Below, in pieces: positions 1 through 11,941 of a DNA stretch of 64,000 nucleotides. The stretch's first letter is position 1, and each line of letters starts with the position of its first letter. A program made the position numbers and the translations under genes. Origin of the DNA: an uncultured Chloroflexia bacterium. Its GTDB lineage: Bacteria > Chloroflexota > Limnocylindria > Limnocylindrales > CSP1-4. The notes beneath the pieces were generated by a model. The model did not search any database, was not told the DNA's origin, and saw only the letters and a program-made list of their open reading frames with translations. The DNA lies in NCBI GenBank assembly GCA_963813335.1, contig CAWEYL010000001.1, positions 480,001 through 544,000 on the forward strand, given 5' to 3'.

Positions 1-1
1 G

Positions 2-1042
2 ATCGAGTTCAGCGGCTGGCTCATGCCCGTCCAGTACGGCTCGATCCTCGAGGAGCACAAGGCCGTCCGCGAGCGCGCCGGGCTGTTCGACCTGTCGCAC
101 ATGGGCGAGCTGTTCGTCGAAGGCCCGGAGGCGGGCGCCGGGCTCGCCGCAGCCCTCGTCACGGACCCGCCGTCGCTGGCCGTCGGCCGTGCCCACTACT
201 CGATGATCTGCGCGCCCGACGGCGGCGTCATCGATGACCTGATCGTCTACCGCCTCGCCGACGACCGGTTCCTCGTCGTGGCCAACGCCGGCAATGCGGA
301 GGTCGTGTCCGATGCCCTCGCCCAACGCCTCGACGGGTTCAAGGCGCTCCTCGACGACCGCTCCCTCGCGACCGGGCTGGTCGCGGTCCAGGGGCCGCGC
401 TCGCGCGAGATCCTGGCGCCGCTGACCGACGTCGACCTCGCCGGCCTGCGCTACTACGCGATCGCCGAGGGCTCGGTCGCCGGGATCCCGGCGCTGGTCG
501 CCCGGACCGGCTACACCGGCGAGGACGGCTTCGAGGTGTTCGTCGAGACCGCCCGGACCGGGGAGCTGTGGGACGCGCTGCTCGAGGGAGTGCGCGCTGC
601 CGATGGCGTCCCGGTCGGGCTCGGCGCCCGCGATACCCTCCGGCTCGAGGCGGGGATGCCGCTCTACGGCAACGAGCTGGACCTCGAGACCACGCCCTTC
701 GACGCCAACCTCGCGCGGGTCGTCAAGCTCGGCAAGGCGGGCGACTTCGTGGGCCGGGCGGCGCTCGAGCGGATCGCGACCGAGGGGCCGTCCAAGCGAC
801 TCGTCGGCCTGGTCGTCGAGGGCCGCGGGATCGCCCGCCACGGCTACGCGGTCCACGTCGGCGACCGGCGGACCGGGGTCATCACCAGCGGGACGCAGTC
901 GCCGACCCTCGGGGTCCCGATCGCGATGGCCTACGTCGCGCCGGGGGATTCGCAGACGGGTACCATGGTCGACGTGGAGGTCCGCGACGCGCGGATCCCC
1001 GCGAGGGTCGTGGACCTGCCGTTCTACCGCCGCCCGGCCTAG
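2..1042 (+). CDS. gcvT: Glycine cleavage system aminomethyltransferase T (5' end lies outside the window)
   Basis: The frame is open from base 2 (IEFSGWLMPVQY). Motifs FDLSHMGE, RTGYTGEDGFE and GLGARDTLRLEAG are present. First gene of the gcv cluster. Confidence 0.97.
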   Translation: MEFSGWLMPVQYGSILEEHKAVRERAGLFDLSHMGELFVEGPEAGAGLAAALVTDPPSLAVGRAHYSMICAPDGGVIDDLIVYRLADDRFLVVANAGNAEVVSDALAQRLDGFKALLDDRSLATGLVAVQGPRSREILAPLTDVDLAGLRYYAIAEGSVAGIPALVARTGYTGEDGFEVFVETARTGELWDALLEGVRAADGVPVGLGARDTLRLEAGMPLYGNELDLETTPFDANLARVVKLGKAGDFVGRAALERIATEGPSKRLVGLVVEGRGIARHGYAVHVGDRRTGVITSGTQSPTLGVPIAMAYVAPGDSQTGTMVDVEVRDARIPARVVDLPFYRRPA

Positions 1043-1109
1043 GTCCGGGCGCCGATCCGACGCTGGTCGCCTGCGGCATCGCGCCGCGCCAGGAGGAGGT
1101 ACGCCCGCG

Positions 1110-1490
1110 ATGGTCCCCGATGACCGGCGCTACACCCAGGACCATGAGTGGGTCCGCCTCGACGGCGACGAGGCGATCGTCGGCATCACGGCCTACGCGG
1201 CCGAGCAGCTGGGCGACATCGTCTTCGTGGAGCTGCCGGCGGTCGGCCGGAGCCTGGAGGCCGCCGGGACGTTCGGCGTGGTCGAATCCGTCAAGGCCGT
1301 CAGCGACCTCTTCGCCCCGGTCGGTGGTGAGGTGACGGCCATCAACGATGCGCTCGGCGGCAGCCCGGAGCTGGTCAACAGCGACCCGTACGATGGGGGC
1401 TGGATGATCCGCGTCAAGGTCGCCGATGCCGGCGCGCTCGACGACCTGCTCGACGCGGCCGCCTACGACGCGCTCATCGCCGCGGGCTGA
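1110..1490 (+). CDS. gcvH: Glycine cleavage system H protein
   Basis: Shine-Dalgarno (SD) AGGAGGAGG precedes the ATG at 1110. Motifs YTQDHEW, GDIVFVELP and lipoyl-lysine motif VESVKAVSD. Confidence 0.97.
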   Translation: MVPDDRRYTQDHEWVRLDGDEAIVGITAYAAEQLGDIVFVELPAVGRSLEAAGTFGVVESVKAVSDLFAPVGGEVTAINDALGGSPELVNSDPYDGGWMIRVKVADAGALDDLLDAAAYDALIAAG

Positions 1491-1498
1491 CGGCCGAG

Positions 1499-2914
1499 AT
1501 GCCCTACGGTCCCCATACCGGCGCCGATCGGGCGCGGATGCTCGAGGCCATCGGCATCGGATCGGTCGACGAGCTCTTCGCCGACATCCCCGAGGGACTC
1601 CGCGCGTCCCGCCTGGACCTGCCACCGCCCGAGCCGGAGCTCGAGCTGGCGGCGCGCCTGACCGCGCTGGCCGGCCGCAACCGGACCGACCTGGTCTCGT
1701 TCCTGGGCGCCGGCGTCTACCGTCACTGGAGCCCGCCCGCGGTCGACCAACTCCTGCTGCGCGGCGAGTGGTACACGGCGTATACGCCCTACCAGCCCGA
1801 GGTGAGCCAGGGCACGCTGCAGAGCATCTATGAGTACGAATCGCTGATGGCCGAGCTGGTCGACCTCGACGTCGTGTCGGCCTCGCACTACGACGGCGCG
1901 GCGGCCACGGCGGAGGCCGCGCTCATGACCTGCCGGGCGACCCGCCGCGAGCGCGTCCTGGTGAGCCGCGGGGTCCATCCGCACTACCGCGGGACGCTGC
2001 GGACCTACTTCGGCGGCGGCCTCGAGCTCGACGAGATCCCCCTGGTCGCCGACGGCCCGGCGGCCGGGACCACCGACCTCGAGGCCCTGGCGCGGATGCT
2101 CGCCGAGCCGGACCGGCCGGTCGCCGGCGTCGTGGTGGCGCAGCCCGACTTCCTCGGCCTCCTCGAGCCCATGCCCGCGATCGGCGAGCTCGCCCACGCG
2201 GCCGGCGCGCTCTTCGTGGCGGTCATCGAGCCGGTCAGCCTGGCGGTCCTGGCGCCGCCGGGCGCGTACGGCGCCGATATTGCGGCAGGGGAGGGCCAGC
2301 CGCTCGGGATCGCGCCGCAGTACGGCGGCCCGTACCTCGGGATCCTCGCCTCCACCGACGCCCTCGTCCGCCAGATCCCCGGCCGGCTCGTCGGCATGAC
2401 CACGGACCTCGAGGGCCAGCGGGCATTCGTGATGACGATGCGCGCACGCGAGCAGGACATCCGCCGCGACAAGGCGGCCAGCAACATCTGCACGAACCAG
2501 GCCCTGCTGGCGCTGGCCGCCTCGATCTACCTCGCGGTCATCGGCCCGCACGGCCTGCGCGACGTGGCCGCCGGCGGCGCCGCGCGGGCGGCCGAGCTCG
2601 AGGCGGCCCTCGCGGCCGTCGGGGCGAAGCGGCTCCACCCAGGCCCGTACCTCAACGAGTTCGCGGTCCGGGTCCCCGACGCCCCGGCCGTGCACCGGCG
2701 GCTGCTCGACCACGGCATCCTCGCCGGGCTCGTCCTCGCCGAGGCGGTCCCCGACGACCCGTCGCTCGCCGACGGCCTGCTCGTCTGCGCGACCGAGGTG
2801 ACCACGAGCGCCGAGATCACGCGCTTCGCGGATGCGCTCGGCGACGTCCTCCAGGGCCGGCCGCCCATCGGCGTCGAGGCCGGCGCCGGGACCGTGGCCG
2901 GGATCAGCCGATGA
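1499..2914 (+). CDS. gcvPA: Glycine dehydrogenase (decarboxylating) subunit 1
   Basis: Motifs YTAYTPYQPEVSQGTLQ and REQDIRRDKAASNICTNQAL. Confidence 0.97.
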   Translation: MPYGPHTGADRARMLEAIGIGSVDELFADIPEGLRASRLDLPPPEPELELAARLTALAGRNRTDLVSFLGAGVYRHWSPPAVDQLLLRGEWYTAYTPYQPEVSQGTLQSIYEYESLMAELVDLDVVSASHYDGAAATAEAALMTCRATRRERVLVSRGVHPHYRGTLRTYFGGGLELDEIPLVADGPAAGTTDLEALARMLAEPDRPVAGVVVAQPDFLGLLEPMPAIGELAHAAGALFVAVIEPVSLAVLAPPGAYGADIAAGEGQPLGIAPQYGGPYLGILASTDALVRQIPGRLVGMTTDLEGQRAFVMTMRAREQDIRRDKAASNICTNQALLALAASIYLAVIGPHGLRDVAAGGAARAAELEAALAAVGAKRLHPGPYLNEFAVRVPDAPAVHRRLLDHGILAGLVLAEAVPDDPSLADGLLVCATEVTTSAEITRFADALGDVLQGRPPIGVEAGAGTVAGISR

Positions 2915-4410
2915 GCGTCACCGGCCCCCGCCTGCAGCCGACCCTGTTCGAGCGCGGCCGTCCCGGGCGCGGCGGCGGCAAGATCCCGCACCCGCCCAAG
3001 GACGCGCTGGACCGCATCCCGGCGGCCGCGCTGCGGACCGACGCGCCGGCGCTGCCGGAGATGAACGAGCCCGACGTGGTCCGCCACTACGTGAACCTCT
3101 CGCAGCTCAACTTCGCCGTCGATACCGGGTTCTACCCGCTCGGCTCGTGCACGATGAAGTTCAACCCGAAGCTCAACGAGTGGGCCGCGCGCCTGCCCGG
3201 CTTCGCCAACCTCCATCCGCTCACCCCCGACGCCGCATCGCAGGGGACGCTCCAGCTCCTGTGGGAGCTCGAGGGTGCTCTCGCCGAGATCTCCGGCATG
3301 CGGGCCGTCAGCCTCCAGCCGGCGGCGGGGGCGCAGGGCGAGCTGACCGGCATCCTGATGATCCGCGCGTACCACCGCGCGCGCGGCGACACCGATCGCG
3401 ACGAGGTGCTGGTCCCGGACAGCTCGCACGGCACCAACCCGGCGACCGCGTCGATGGCCGGGTTCAAGACCATCACGGTCCCGTCCGCCGCAGACGGCGG
3501 CGTCGACGTCGAGGCGTTCCGCGCCGCGCTCGGCCCGCGGACGGCCGCCGTGATGATCACCAACCCCTCGACCCTCGGCCTGTTCGAGGCGCGCATCGGC
3601 GAGCTGCTCGACGCGGTCCATGCGGCCGGCGCCCTCGCCTACATGGACGGCGCCAACCTCAATGCGATCCTCGGCCGCTTCCGGCCCGGCGAGGCCGGCT
3701 TCGACGTCATGCACTTCAACGTCCACAAGACGTTCAGCACCCCCCACGGCGGCGGCGGCCCGGGGGCCGGGCCCGTCGGCGTCGGCGAGCGCCTGATCCC
3801 ATACCTCCCGACGCCGCGCGTCCTGCGCGAGGACGACGGCACGTACCGCCTCGAGCGCGAGGGCGAGCGGCCCACGTCGATCGGGCGCCTGCGCAGCTTC
3901 GTCGGCAACACCGGAGTCCTCGTGCGCGCGTACGCGTACATCCGGGCGCACGGCGGGACGGGCCTCGCCGAGGTCAGCGACGACGCGGTCCTCGCGGCCA
4001 ACTACCTCAAGCACCGGCTGGCGGCGACCTTCGACATCCCGTACGACCGGCCGTGCAAGCACGAGTTCGTGGCGTCCGCGACGTCCGTGAAGAAGCGCAC
4101 CGGGGTGCGGACCCTGGATATCGCCAAGCGGCTCATCGACCACGGCTTCCATCCGCCGACCATCTACTTCCCGCTCATCGTCGACGAGGGGATGCTGATC
4201 GAGCCGACCGAGACCGAATCGGTGGAGACGCTCGACGCCTTCGCCGACGCGCTGGCCGCGATCGTGGAGGAGGCCGACCGCGATCCGGCGATGGTCACGG
4301 GAGCCCCGCACACCGCGCCGGTCCGCCGCCTCGACGAGGCGACCGCCGCACGGCAGCCGAACCTGCGCTGGCGCCCGATGACCGGTGTCCAGACCCCCTG
4401 CCCGGACTGA
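2911..4410 (+). CDS. gcvPB: Glycine dehydrogenase (decarboxylating) subunit 2
   Basis: Motifs YPLGSCTMKFNP and PLP-lysine motif HFNVHKTFSTPHGGGGPG. ATGA overlap with gcvPA. Confidence 0.97.
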   Translation: MSVTGPRLQPTLFERGRPGRGGGKIPHPPKDALDRIPAAALRTDAPALPEMNEPDVVRHYVNLSQLNFAVDTGFYPLGSCTMKFNPKLNEWAARLPGFANLHPLTPDAASQGTLQLLWELEGALAEISGMRAVSLQPAAGAQGELTGILMIRAYHRARGDTDRDEVLVPDSSHGTNPATASMAGFKTITVPSAADGGVDVEAFRAALGPRTAAVMITNPSTLGLFEARIGELLDAVHAAGALAYMDGANLNAILGRFRPGEAGFDVMHFNVHKTFSTPHGGGGPGAGPVGVGERLIPYLPTPRVLREDDGTYRLEREGERPTSIGRLRSFVGNTGVLVRAYAYIRAHGGTGLAEVSDDAVLAANYLKHRLAATFDIPYDRPCKHEFVASATSVKKRTGVRTLDIAKRLIDHGFHPPTIYFPLIVDEGMLIEPTETESVETLDAFADALAAIVEEADRDPAMVTGAPHTAPVRRLDEATAARQPNLRWRPMTGVQTPCPD

Positions 4411-4435
4411 CGCCGACGTCCGCGCCCGCCGCCAT

Positions 4436-4486
4436 ACGAACGTTCGTTAGGTAGAGGTTGACAGCCCCTCGGGCGCTGTGGATAGT
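4436..4486 (+). promoter_or_regulatory. Sigma70-type promoter of the opp operon with an upstream palindrome
   Basis: TTGACA (4458-4463), 17-nt spacer, GATAGT (4481-4486) preceded by TG. Perfect palindrome ACGAACGTTCGT at 4436-4447. Confidence 0.55.
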
Positions 4487-4662
4487 ACCGGCAGCGCACC
4501 GACCCGAACCGTGCTGCCGCCTCGGCTCGCCCTGAAACCCGATCGAGTGGGAGTCTCGACCCGGTTCAAGAGCGGGACCTACCAGGCGGACTTGCGAAAA
4601 GGCATGGGAACGGTCGTGTCTGCGGGAGACTTTCGGGTATCCACCCGTTCGGAGGACAGTTG

Positions 4663-6387
4663 ATGCACAAACGACTACTCGGCCTGCTCGCGGCCGGCGT
4701 GATGATCGTGACCGCCTGTGGCGGCGCGACCAGCAGCGCCTCGCCAGCGGCCTCGACGCCCGCGGCGTCCGCCCCGGCTTCGGAAACGCCCTCGGCCTCG
4801 CCGAGCGCGGACGCGAACCTGGCGGACGTCCAGTCGCTGCGGGTCACCCTCGGCAACGAGGACCCCGACACGCTCGACCCCAGCAAGGCGTCGACCAGCA
4901 CGGACATCGGTGTCCTGCATGCCCTGAACCGGGGCCTCATCTATTTCGACAAGGACCTCAACCCGGTCCCGTCGCTGGCCACCGAGCTCCCCAAGATCTC
5001 GGCTGACGGCCTGAGCTACACGTTCACCCTTCGCGACGCGAAGTACAGCAATGGCGACCCGATCGTCGCCGGCGACCTCGTCTTCGCCTGGCAGCGCCTC
5101 GCCGACCCGCGCACCGCCTCGACCTACCAGGCCTTCCTGGAGCCGGTCGTCGGCGCCGCGGACCTCATCAAGATGACCGGCGCCAAGCCGGCCCCGACGG
5201 ATGCGGCCATCGATGCGGCCCTCGCCAAGCTCGGCGTCGCCGCTCCCGACGACAAGACCTTCACGATCACGCTGGCCCACCCGGCCGCGTACTTCCTGGA
5301 CATCGTCGCCCTCTGGGGCGCCGCGCCGATCCAGAAGAAGTGGGTCGAGACCCCCAACTTCACCGAGGCTGCGAACTTCGTCAGCTCGGGCCCGTTCATG
5401 ATGAAGTCCTGGACCCACCAGTCCGAGATCGTCGTCGTGCCGAACCCGAACTGGTACGGCCAGAAGCCGACCCTCCAGGAGATCCACTTCTCCATCGGCG
5501 GCGATCCCACGGCGAACCAGGCCTCCTTCGAGGCCGGCGAGCTCGACATGCTGGCGGCCAACCCGCCTGACGTGCCGCGGATCACGGCCGACGCCGAGCT
5601 TGGCCCGCTTGTCACCAAGCAGCCCGTGCTCGTCTTCGACTACTGGGGCTTCGACTGCACCAAGGGCCCGACGGCGAACAAGCACTTCCGTCGCGCGCTC
5701 TCGATGGCGATCGACAAGGACACCATGATGGCCACCGTCTACGGCGGCCAGGGTGTCGTCGCCGGTAGCCCGATCCCGCCCGGCATGCCGGGCCACCAGG
5801 CCGACATCGGACTCAAGTACGACGTCGCCGGCGCGCAGGCCGAACTTGCGACCGCGCTCACCGAGCTCGGCTACAAGGACGTCAGCGAGGTCCCGACCCT
5901 GTCCTTCGGCTTCAACACGGACGCCGGTCACGAGATCACGTCCGCGTACATGCAGGAGCAGTGGAGCAAGAACCTGGGCGTCAAGAGCGAGCTCAAGGGC
6001 GAGACGTTCGACCAGTTCGTCGTCGACCGCCCGAAGAACGTGTTCTCGATCGCCCGGAACGCCTGGGGCGCGGACTACCCGCACCCGGACAACTTCCTCC
6101 GAGCGCTGTTCCAGAGCGAGAGCGGCAACAACGACGAGGGGTACAAGAGCCCCGAGTTCGACGCCCTCGTCGCCCAGGCCGGCGCTGAGCCGGACGCGGC
6201 CAAGTCCATCGCCCTGTACAACCAGGCCCAGGAGCTCCTCGTGGACGACGCCCCGGCGGTCTTCACCCGCTGGCGCATCAGCAACTACGAGATCCGCCCG
6301 TGGGTCCAGGGTGTCATCGGCACCGGACAGGACTCGGTCGTCATCGGCGACCTGTTCTACGAGAACATCTCGATCGCAAAGCACTAA
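4663..6387 (+). CDS. oppA: Oligopeptide ABC transporter substrate-binding lipoprotein (family 5)
   Basis: SD GGAGG, lipobox VTAC, Ala/Ser/Pro linker, motifs DPDTLDP, YTFTLRDAKYSNGDP, SSGPF and WGADYPHPDNFL. Confidence 0.92.
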   Translation: MHKRLLGLLAAGVMIVTACGGATSSASPAASTPAASAPASETPSASPSADANLADVQSLRVTLGNEDPDTLDPSKASTSTDIGVLHALNRGLIYFDKDLNPVPSLATELPKISADGLSYTFTLRDAKYSNGDPIVAGDLVFAWQRLADPRTASTYQAFLEPVVGAADLIKMTGAKPAPTDAAIDAALAKLGVAAPDDKTFTITLAHPAAYFLDIVALWGAAPIQKKWVETPNFTEAANFVSSGPFMMKSWTHQSEIVVVPNPNWYGQKPTLQEIHFSIGGDPTANQASFEAGELDMLAANPPDVPRITADAELGPLVTKQPVLVFDYWGFDCTKGPTANKHFRRALSMAIDKDTMMATVYGGQGVVAGSPIPPGMPGHQADIGLKYDVAGAQAELATALTELGYKDVSEVPTLSFGFNTDAGHEITSAYMQEQWSKNLGVKSELKGETFDQFVVDRPKNVFSIARNAWGADYPHPDNFLRALFQSESGNNDEGYKSPEFDALVAQAGAEPDAAKSIALYNQAQELLVDDAPAVFTRWRISNYEIRPWVQGVIGTGQDSVVIGDLFYENISIAKH

Positions 6388-6414
6388 GAGCTCTCGGCTC
6401 TTGGTACGTCTCGT

Positions 6415-6439
6415 GGGTGGGGCGCCTCGCGTCCCACCC
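6415..6439 (+). terminator. Intercistronic stem-loop after oppA
   Basis: Inverted repeat GGGTGGGGCGC / GCGTCCCACCC with no U-tract. Typical of an mRNA stabiliser or partial terminator after a binding-protein gene. Confidence 0.5.
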
Positions 6440-6540
6440 CGCGACCCGGCCCCTACAGCGCTTCCGGCGTTGCAGGGCCCAGGCCGCGACCGGACCTCAC
6501 CGTCGGCCAAGTCGCGAAACCAGGACGATCGAGGAAGACG

Positions 6541-7458
6541 TTGACCAGGTACCTCATCCGTCGCCTGCTGTGGATCATCCCGGTCCTCTTCGCCGTCTCG
6601 CTCATCACCTTCACGCTGATGCACGCGGTTCCGGGCGGGCCGTGGGCGCGCGAGAAGGCGCTCCCGGCCAACGTGATCGCCGCCCTCAACGCCAAATACG
6701 GCCTGGATGACCCGATTCCCCTCCAGTACGTCCACTGGGTCGGCAATCTGCTCCAGGGCAACCTGGGCCCGTCCTACAAGTTCGTGGACCGCTCCGTCAA
6801 CGACATCGTCGGCGGGGGGCTCATGGTCACGATCCAGCTCGGGCTGATGGCCTTCGCGCTGGCGGTCCTGGTGGGCATCCCGCTGGGCATCTTCGCCGCC
6901 CTCGGCCACAACCGCTGGCCGGACTACCTCTCGACCGGCATCTCGATCATCGGGATCGCGATGCCCAGCTTCGTGCTCGCCATCCTGCTGATCCTCTTCT
7001 TCGGGGTGACCTTGCACGTCCTGCCCACCAAGGGCTGGAAAGGCCCGGAGACCTGGATCCTCCCGACGATCGCCCTCGCCGGGTTCCCGATCGCCGTGAT
7101 CGCGCGATACACCCGGGCGTCGATGCTCGAGGTGACCCGCAAGGACTACATCCGGACCGCGCAGAGCAAGGGCGTCGCCGACGGCAAGGTCGTGACCCGG
7201 CACATGATCCGCAACGCGCTCATCCCGGTCGTGACCATCCTTGGCCCGACGCTCGCGTTCCTTGTCACCGGCTCGTTCATCATCGAGACGATCTTCGCCA
7301 TCCCCGGGGTGGGGCGGTACTACATCACCTCGATCAGCCAGCACGACTACGGCGTGCTGATGGCGATGACGATCCTGTATGCCTTCGCGGTAGCCTTCCT
7401 CAACCTCGTGGTCGATGTGCTCTACGCCTACATCGACCCCCGTATCCGCTACAGCTAG
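6541..7458 (+). CDS. oppB: Oligopeptide ABC permease
   Basis: N-terminus YLIRRLL..IPVL, EAA loop YIRTAQSKG, C-terminus DPRIRY. Confidence 0.93.
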   Translation: MTRYLIRRLLWIIPVLFAVSLITFTLMHAVPGGPWAREKALPANVIAALNAKYGLDDPIPLQYVHWVGNLLQGNLGPSYKFVDRSVNDIVGGGLMVTIQLGLMAFALAVLVGIPLGIFAALGHNRWPDYLSTGISIIGIAMPSFVLAILLILFFGVTLHVLPTKGWKGPETWILPTIALAGFPIAVIARYTRASMLEVTRKDYIRTAQSKGVADGKVVTRHMIRNALIPVVTILGPTLAFLVTGSFIIETIFAIPGVGRYYITSISQHDYGVLMAMTILYAFAVAFLNLVVDVLYAYIDPRIRYS

Positions 7459-7473
7459 GTAGGAGCGACGAGC

Positions 7474-8412
7474 ATGGCGACCCAGGCGGCCCAGGGGACC
7501 ATCGCGCGACCGCGAGCCTCGACGGGCCTGTGGCGGGAGGCCTTCGGCCGGCTCCGCAAGAACAAGCTGGCGATGGTCGGGCTGGTCTCGGTGATCACCC
7601 TGTTCATCGTCGCCATCGTCGGGCCGTACATCGCCCCGTACCCCTACACCGAGCAAGACCTGAAAGCGGTCGTGTCGAACGGCGGCCAGCCGCTGCCGCC
7701 GCTCACCGCCGGCCACATCCTGGGCACCGACCAGATCGGCCGCGACCTGCTGAGCCGGCTGCTCGACGGCGCGCGGATCAGCATGACCGTCGCGATCGTC
7801 GTCCAGATCGTGGTCCTGACCATCGGCGTGCCGCTCGGCGCCGCCGCCGGCTGGTTCGGCGGCCGCACCGACAACCTCCTGATGCGCTTCACCGACGTCA
7901 TCTACGCGTTCCCGGACCTGCTCTTCATCATCCTGCTGTCGGTCGTGTTCAAGGAGACCGCATTCGGCAAGGCGATGGACGGCCTTCTGCTCGTCTTCGT
8001 CGCCATCGGCCTGACCAGCTGGGTCACGGTCGCGCGGCTCGTGCGCGGGCAGATGCTGGCGCTCAAGGAGACCGAGTTCGTCGAAGCGGCCCGGGCGATC
8101 GGCGTCTCGGACAACAAGATCGTGACCCGCCACCTGCTGCCCAACGGGATGGGCCCGATCATCGTGGCGGTGACGCTCGGCATCCCGGCCGCGATCCTCG
8201 CCGAGGCGACCCTGGCCTACATCGGCGTCGGCGTCCAGGCGCCGCGGGCATCCTGGGGCAGCCTCGTGGCCGACGGCCAGAAGGTGATCCTCTCGTCACC
8301 GCACCTGGTGCTCTTCCCGGCCATCTGCATCGCGATCGCCCTGATCAGCTTCACCTTCCTCGGCGACGGCCTGCGCGACGCGCTGGATCCCAAGCTGAAG
8401 GGAAAGCAGTAG
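7474..8412 (+). CDS. oppC: Oligopeptide ABC permease
   Basis: Motifs HILGTDQIGRDLLSRLLDGARIS, EFVEAARAIG and [11 protein letters not shown]. Confidence 0.93.
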   Translation: MATQAAQGTIARPRASTGLWREAFGRLRKNKLAMVGLVSVITLFIVAIVGPYIAPYPYTEQDLKAVVSNGGQPLPPLTAGHILGTDQIGRDLLSRLLDGARISMTVAIVVQIVVLTIGVPLGAAAGWFGGRTDNLLMRFTDVIYAFPDLLFIILLSVVFKETAFGKAMDGLLLVFVAIGLTSWVTVARLVRGQMLALKETEFVEAARAIGVSDNKIVTRHLLPNGMGPIIVAVTLGIPAAILAEATLAYIGVGVQAPRASWGSLVADGQKVILSSPHLVLFPAICIAIALISFTFLGDGLRDALDPKLKGKQ

Positions 8413-9515
<1,103 letters not shown>

Positions 9516-9519
<4 letters not shown>

Positions 9520-10805
9520 CCGCGACGGTGACGGACGGGCCCGAGCCGAGCGCGGCGTCCAAGCACGACCTGATCGAGGTCGAGGACCTCAAGGTCTACT
9601 TCCCGATCCGCTCGGGCATCTTCCAGCAGGCCGTCGGGTCGGTGAAGGCGGTCGACGGCGTCTCGTTCACCATCCGTCGCGGCGAGACGCTCGGGCTGGT
9701 CGGCGAGTCCGGCTGCGGCAAGAGCACGACCGGGCGCGCGCTGATCCGGCTGCGCGAGCCGACGGAGGGCAAGGTCACCTTCGACGGCGTCGACCTGATG
9801 AGCCTCAAGTCCGAGGGGCTGCGCAAGATGCGGCGCCGGATGCAGATCATCTTCCAGGACCCGTACGGCTCGCTCGACCCGCGGATGACGGTCGGCGCGA
9901 CCATCGCCGAGCCCATCGAGACGCACCACCTCGCCGACGGCGATGCCAAGCGGGAGCGGATCGCCGACCTGCTCCGCCTGGTCGGCCTCGACCCCACCTA
10001 CGTGTCGCGCTACCCGCACGAGTTCTCCGGCGGCCAGCGCCAGCGCATCGGCGTCGCGCGGGCCCTCGCCGTGGAGCCGGAGTTCATCGTCTGCGACGAG
10101 CCGATCTCCGCCCTCGACGTCTCGATCCAGGGGCAGGTCCTCAACCTGCTGACGGACCTCCGCCAGCGGCTGGGGCTCACCTACCTGTTCATCGCCCACG
10201 ACCTGTCGGTCGTCAAGCACATCAGCGACCGGGTCGCGGTGATGTACCTCGGCAAGATCGTGGAGATCGGTCCGCCGGACGAGGTCTATTCGGCGCCCGG
10301 CCATCCGTACACCCGGGCGCTGCTGTCCGCCGTCCCGGTGCCGGACCCCGCCGCCGAGCGCCGGCGCCGCCGGGTGATCCTCAAGGGCGACGTGCCCAGT
10401 CCCGTCAACCCGCCGTCGGGCTGCCGCTTCCACACCCGCTGCTGGCTGTACGAGCGGCTCGGGCAGCCCGAGACCTGCCGCACGGACGACCCGCAGCTGC
10501 GCGTGCTCGCGGGCGACCAGTCGGCGGCCTGTCATTTCGCCGAGGAAGCCCTCAAGACCGACGTCGGCATCGCCCACCTCCTGGACGAGCGGGTCCGCCG
10601 CGGGACGCCCGCTTCGGCCCTCGCGTCGCTGGCCGGGACGACCCCGATCGACCCGGGCCTGAGCGCGCCGGCCCTCGATCCGACGGCACTCGAGTCGCCG
10701 GCATCGGTGGGCGAGACCGGGGCGACGGAGATGCCCGAGGGTTTCGGCTACACGACGATGCTGCCCGAGTCGCCCGAGACCCGCGAGGACGACGCCGCCC
10801 GTTAG
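9516..10805 (+). CDS. oppF: Oligopeptide ABC ATPase
   Basis: GTGA overlap with oppD. Motifs [26 protein letters not shown] and [10 protein letters not shown]. Confidence 0.92.
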
Positions 10806-11941
10806 GACGCCGGGCCGGCTCCAGCCGCCGCCCCGCCTGGCGCCACCCCGCCGAAGGCCGTTCCGGGCGCGCTGACGCCCCCAGGAGCCAGCGCGGCGAT
10901 CCCCTGGCCCCGGAAGTGGCAGGCGACGCGGTGATCGCCCGTCTCGGGCAGGAGCGGCGGGACCTCGTCGGCGCAGATCTGCGGTGCCCCGAGCTGCTCG
11001 CGCAGCGGGCAGCGCGGGTGGAACCGGCAGCCGGACGGCGGGTTCACCGGGCTCGGCACGTCACCGCGCAGGATGACCCGCGTGCGACGCATCGTCGGAT
11101 CCGGGATCGGGATCGCCGACATCAGGGCCTCGGTGTAGGGATGGTCCTGCTTCTCGAAGAGGGCCTGGCGGTCGGCGAGCTCGGCGATCCGGCCGAGATA
11201 CATCACGGCGACCCGGTCGCTGATGTGCTCGACGACGCCCATGTTGTGGGCGACGAACAGATAGGTCAGCCCGAGCTCGCGCTGGAGATTCTTGAGCAGG
11301 TTCAGGACCTGCGCCTGGATCGAGACGTCGAGCGCGGAGACCGGCTCGTCGCAGACGACGAGGTCCGGCTCCAGGACCAGCGCCCGAGCGATGCCGATGC
11401 GCTGCCGTTGGCCGCCCGAGAACTCGTGCGGGTAGCGCCTGGCCTGGTACTGCGGCAGGCCGACAAGATCCATCATCCGCCGGACCTTGGCGCGGCGCTC
11501 CTTGTCGGTCCCGAGCTCGTGGATGCGCAGCCCCTCGCCGATGCTGTCGCCGATCGGGGTCCGCGGGTCGAGGCTGGAGAACGGATCCTGGAAGATGATC
11601 TGCATCCGGCGCCGGTACGGCTTGAGCCCCGCCCCGCTGAGCTTGGTGATGTCGACGCCGTCGAACCGGATCGAGCCGCTGGTCGGCTCGATCAGGCGGA
11701 GCAGGAGGCGCCCGACCGTCGTCTTGCCGCAGCCGGACTCGCCGACGAGGCCCAGGGTCTCGCCACGGCGGATATCGAACGAGACGCCGTCGACGGCCTG
11801 GACCGTGCCGATGACCCGTTGCAGGATGCCGCCGCGGATGTCGAAGTGCTTGACGAGCCCGTGGACCTCGACGAGCGGGCGCTCGGCCGCGCCCGCAGCC
11901 GGGGCCATGGTGCTGCCCATGGGGACCGACCCGACCGTCAC
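10802..11941 (-). CDS. dppF: Dipeptide/oligopeptide ABC ATPase (DppF-like)
   Basis: Motifs [17 protein letters not shown] and CDEPVSALD. The GTG start overlaps the stop of the upstream ATPase. Confidence 0.88.
   Translation of the reverse strand: MTVGSVPMGSTMAPAAGAAERPLVEVHGLVKHFDIRGGILQRVIGTVQAVDGVSFDIRRGETLGLVGESGCGKTTVGRLLLRLIEPTSGSIRFDGVDITKLSGAGLKPYRRRMQIIFQDPFSSLDPRTPIGDSIGEGLRIHELGTDKERRAKVRRMMDLVGLPQYQARRYPHEFSGGQRQRIGIARALVLEPDLVVCDEPVSALDVSIQAQVLNLLKNLQRELGLTYLFVAHNMGVVEHISDRVAVMYLGRIAELADRQALFEKQDHPYTEALMSAIPIPDPTMRRTRVILRGDVPSPVNPPSGCRFHPRCPLREQLGAPQICADEVPPLLPETGDHRVACHFRGQGIAALAPGGVSAPGTAFGGVAPGGAAAGAGPAS

Noticed and set aside
4436-4447. LexA (GAAC-N4-GTTC) box
   Set aside because: The half-sites have no 4-nt spacer and precede a transporter. 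I saw no such box before ssb, pcrA or ligA.
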